From assembly GCF_006345805.1 (NCBI RefSeq), contig NC_042999.1, positions 5,704,001 to 5,768,000 on the forward strand: a stretch of 64,000 nucleotides of DNA. Direction: 5' to 3'. This DNA is from Octopus sinensis (Eukaryota). Below the pieces are notes generated by a model that worked only from the letters and a program-made list of their open reading frames with translations, did not search any database and was not told the origin of the DNA. Position 1 is the stretch's first letter. Each line of letters starts with the position of its first letter. Below are positions 59,989-64,000 of this stretch, one piece after another. Position numbers and translations under genes: made by a program.

Positions 59989-60638
59989 GGTCAAACTAAA
60001 GCGTTTGACCCGGGCACAAAACAAAAAAGAAAATAGTGTAATAGGTGTAAAACAACTTCCTCTAAACGAATATGAAAAAAAAATGCGCGCTCGCGAAAGG
60101 GGGTGGGGGAGAGGCCTCGGAAAATTCACATTTTCAGTCCATGGCCTTTAAGACTACAGTGTTTGACCCGGGCCGGAAAAAAAAATTTTAAAATAGTGTA
60201 ATTGGTGTAAAACTACTTGTTCTAAACGATTATCAAGAACACACACACACACAAAGAGAAATGGTTGGTTCAAGGCAAGTGTGCATTGAACTGAATTTAA
60301 ATAAGCAAGAAAGATATTATCAAAGAAAAGGCCATAGTATCTGTTGTTATCCTGCTTTTGTACAGACTTTTTTCAAACGGATAAAACCCTTTGTAATTTT
60401 CGTCCTGTGTTTTGTCCCTTTATGTTTTAATTGATTTTTGTTAGCCCTTGGGGCCAATAAACGAATTAATTATTATTATTATTATTATTATTATTATAGA
60501 GTAGGAGTCCTCTCCCCCACCCCCCTTTCGCGAGCGTGCATTTTTTTTTGTCATCTTCGTTTAGAGCAAGTTGTTTTACACCTATTTCACTATTTGTTTT
60601 TTTGTTTTTATGACCGGGTCAAACGCTTTAGTTTGACC
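59989..60638. mobile_element. TIR element (Merlin- or hAT-like MITE)
   Basis: GG..CC ends; arms of about 130 bp; 8-bp TSD ctattctc (59981-59988) / ctattttc (60639-60646); terminal hairpin ggtcaaactaaagcgtttgacc. Confidence 0.7.
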
Positions 60639-61253
60639 CTATTTTCTAAGTCTATCGGAAGTCAAGGTCTTTGTCTCCAAAACGTACACATCGGACAAGT
60701 TTACCAATTTTATACATCAGCAATATTGAACACATCAGATCTATGTTCAAAAGCATTTTGGTAGACTTTCACTCATCCCCATCGTCGTAACATTGAATTC
60801 ATTCGAAACTGCCAATATTATTTGCGATAATTGAGATTTCATGGACCTATTCACTTGGGAAAAACAGGAAACATGCTTTTTAAACGATGCGTGGGTGTGC
60901 ATATATACTTGCGAGTGGGTTGAGATCATATGGCTTTAATTACACAAAAATGTTGTTCTTTGACTTAGTTTTACGTTACGACCTCTCTAATTGCTAACCT
61001 TAAATTGACTACATATAATAAATACTTTTAACTGAATACACAAATATTTCTGTTTCTATACTATTTTGAGTTTTTGTTAGCCTTTTGTAGCAGACAATAA
61101 TTTCATCGCTATTTCTACATTTAGAGAATATCTTCATTACTCCCCGCACCTTATCCGTTATTTTGCTAAAGGACTCTCGACATTCACACACGACGGGGAA
61201 ACACAGATTTTTTATATAGATGGTGTACATCTCTTCCCCCACTTTCTCTCTGG

Positions 61254-61289
<36 letters not shown>

Positions 61290-61504
61290 ATAAACAAATA
61301 ACAACAGATGTGTTTATCATTCATCTTACCAAGAACCCACTTGAATCTGGAACCTATTGAGGGCAATACAATAGGTGTTGTGTTTATACCCAGGTGCAAC
61401 CTTGAGACTCGTTGTATATTCAGTCGGCCATTTGTGATTGTACACACAACCGAAGTATAAATCCGTGTTCACTTTAAAAGTACGTATTTGTCTTCGGATA
61501 TCGT

Positions 61505-62037
61505 ACACGGCACGTGAAAAAACATTCGAGCGAGGTCGTTGCCAGTGCTGCTGGACAGGCTCCTGTGCAGGTGGCACATAAAAAGCACCATTTGAGCGTG
61601 GCCGTTGCCAGTACCTATTTCTTTATTACCCACAAGGGGCTAAACACAGAGGGGACAAACAAGGACAGACATAGGTATTAAGTCGATTACATCGACCCTA
61701 GTGCGTAACTGGTACTTAATTTATCGACCCCGAAAGGATGAAAGGCAAAGTCGACCTCGGCGGAATTTGAACTCACAACGTAACGCAGACGAAATACCGC
61801 TAAGCATTTCGCCCGGCGTGCTCACGTTTCTGCCTGCTCTGGCCCTCGTGCCGGTGGCATGTAAAAGCACCCACTACACTCTCGGAGTGGTTGGCGTTAG
61901 GAAGGACATCCAGCTGTAGAAACTCTGCCAGATCAGATTGGAGTCTGGTGCAGCCATCTGGTTCGCCAGACCTCAGTCAAATCGTCCAACCCATGCCAGC
62001 ATGGAAAGCGGACGTTAAACGACGATGATGATGATGA
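61505..62037 (+). mobile_element. SINE S1 interrupted by an inverted S5 (61615-61830)
   Basis: S1 units on both sides of the S5 copy. Confidence 0.75.
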
Positions 62038-62049
62038 TTCTAGTTTAGT

Positions 62050-62370
62050 CAAAAAGTTGCTTACTCTTCAGTTCCACGTGGAATTTGGCAGTCAGGAGTA
62101 GAATGCTCAGTAAAGAGGACGTCGCTGTGTGAAGCAATTAAATGCAAACATTTGATGGCTCACATGTCAGGTCTATCTGAACTTTGTGAGCCAGCAACAG
62201 TGTCTTGTGCATGTTTTCGAAGTCAAAGGAAGAGATCCTGGACTCTCCAGACCAAGGATCACTGTGCGTGATTTCAAAGATCAAATCCTTTTCGAGGTGG
62301 CCCTGTTTCTAACTGAACACAGTGGATTGAGCAGAGTAAACCCTGATGACAAATCCTACATATATACATG
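62050..62370 (-). pseudogene. Possible highly degraded mariner HTH relic
   Basis: Weak resemblance to WFEKFRTGDLGLE..SFD across frameshifts. Confidence 0.3.
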
Positions 62371-62499
62371 CAAGCATAGATATATACATTACACTACCCT
62401 GTGTTTGATGTTGAAATTCCAATGAAGGAGCCTTGGATATAGGTTAGAAACCAGCTCTTTCTCTATTGGCAAGAAATCTTGAAATAAAACTGAACAATG

Positions 62500-62720
62500 A
62501 CATACATACATATACATGCAGTCACACATACATACATATGTATATGCACATACATACATACATACACCTAAACACATACATTAACGATGATGATGATACA
62601 CACATACATGCACACATATACATACATACATACATACATACATACATACATACATACATACATACATACATACATACATACATACACACACATACATACA
62701 TACATATACACACACACACC
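62500..62720. repeat. (CATA)n microsatellite
   Basis: Direct inspection. Confidence 0.92.
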
Positions 62721-63140
62721 TAAGTTGGTAGGTAGACTGTAACCAACGAACTGCTAAGTTGACAAATAGCTGTCAGTCCAATATGGCTGCTTAATTTTGG
62801 CGCCTCTTCTTTTATTAAGGAGAAGAAAACAATTTAATAATTTATTCTCAAACGCATGAAACTATCCATATATTGCACTACATAGATAGTTTATCCTGCC
62901 CATGCTATTGTATTAGCATTATTATTATGCGTTTCAGAATAAATTATTTCTGTATCTTTCAATACATCTCAACGCTTCTAAAGCCATCTTTGTTTACTTT
63001 CATCGTAAGTTAAATTAAATAATTCTTCTTTCTTCTTCATGATGTCGGATATGTTTAAAAAGTTGGAAAACACTTTCACTTTATCAAACATCGTAATTTC
63101 TCCGCCCTCTTTTCAAGTCTCACAGCCCTCCAGCGAAATC

Positions 63141-63601
63141 TTTTCCCCCCACGAGAGTTCCGGACCCTACTTATGAACTCATTTGCATACAGCCAATCAG
63201 AGCTCAACTAACAAACTAATTTATGAGTGCACGTAACAAGTGATGGACGATAAGATAAGGTCACTTGGTTAATAATGCTTGTTCTTGTTCCAACCATGCA
63301 TAGTTATTTGTTGTTTTACTTTGAAAAACTATAAGGGGAGAGGGTTGCTAGCACATCACCCTCTACCCACATTTTTGGCATATGGGGCCTTAACAAAACC
63401 CAATAATGGGTATAGATGCCTATTTATCTAGTCTCCTTCTAAAATCAGGCATAACTTGGCGATCGATAGACTTACAACACCGTTCTTCATCTTGAGTTTA
63501 CTTGGTAGAGTGTCTTTGTTAACTTGACAAGATCAAGGCGAGCTCTGATTGGCTGTATGCAAATGAGCTCATTAGCGGGATCCGGAACTCACGTGGGAAA
63601 A
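63141..63601. mobile_element. MITE-like element whose 60-65-bp inverted arms carry octamer and CCAAT motifs
   Basis: 63141-63205 is roughly the reverse complement of 63540-63601; ATTTGCAT-ACAG-CCAATCAG in both arms. Confidence 0.65.
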
Positions 63602-64000
63602 CAAATTTGCAGCCTTCAACACCCCCAAGGCATCCTTGCTTCCCTTGACAGAAATACTAGACTAAGCCACTGAAAGTTGAATAAATTTAAGGATTGTAGA
63701 TGAGTCTAAATTAACCTCAGGAAGTTATGAGAAATTTTCACGTGACAAACTGTTTATTGTTGGGTGAGAAATCACAGTGTTTTGTTGTTAATTTTCTCTA
63801 TTGTTACATACAATTGACGTAAGTAGTGGATGTTCCATCGGTCTTTGTTTGGGATTAGATCAGAAACACTAAATATGTTGACCTACTATTTGCTGTGTCA
63901 CACAACATTGCCTGGGGAGGGCATAACTCTCTCTCTCTCTCATATATATATACAGACATCTATTTACACATATACGTGTGCATATTTATAATATATACAT

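Noticed and set aside
61009-61320. hAT transposase fragment (KITDKVRGVMKIFSK)
   Set aside because: The resemblance is too short to support.

Overview
AT-rich, repeat-dense animal genomic DNA. The SINE, LINE and microsatellite repertoire looks like a coleoid cephalopod, most likely Octopus (recall-based inference, not a search result). The only host gene I can support is the 3' end of CAND1: two + strand exons (2127-2273, 6435-6562) and a probable 3' UTR. The rest is microsatellites, about 45 SINE copies from at least five families, relics of RTE, CR1/L2, R4/Dong, mariner, maT(DD37D) and hAT elements, MITEs, Helitron/HINE-like elements, and one young, nearly intact Tx1-clade LINE ORF2 (48757-52525). 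Three patterns stand out. (1) Several Penelope-like (PLE) families sit next to (TA)n tracts, carry minimal type-I hammerhead ribozymes (one canonical core, several recurrent non-canonical cores) and repeatedly form fold-back palindromes that turn at or beside the ribozyme. One is a 592-nt terminally redundant, retrozyme-like unit in the last CAND1 intron. (2) Retroelements appear partitioned by microsatellite target: Tx1 in (CTAT/CTAC)n with a perfect 17-bp TSD, R4/Dong in (TAA)n, PLEs at (TA)n. (3) There are unusual insertion signatures: SINE concatemers inside one TSD pair, 38-bp and 48-bp flanking direct repeats, and an 89-bp templated LINE fragment. All ribozyme and structure calls are by eye. 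SINE boundaries are approximate.
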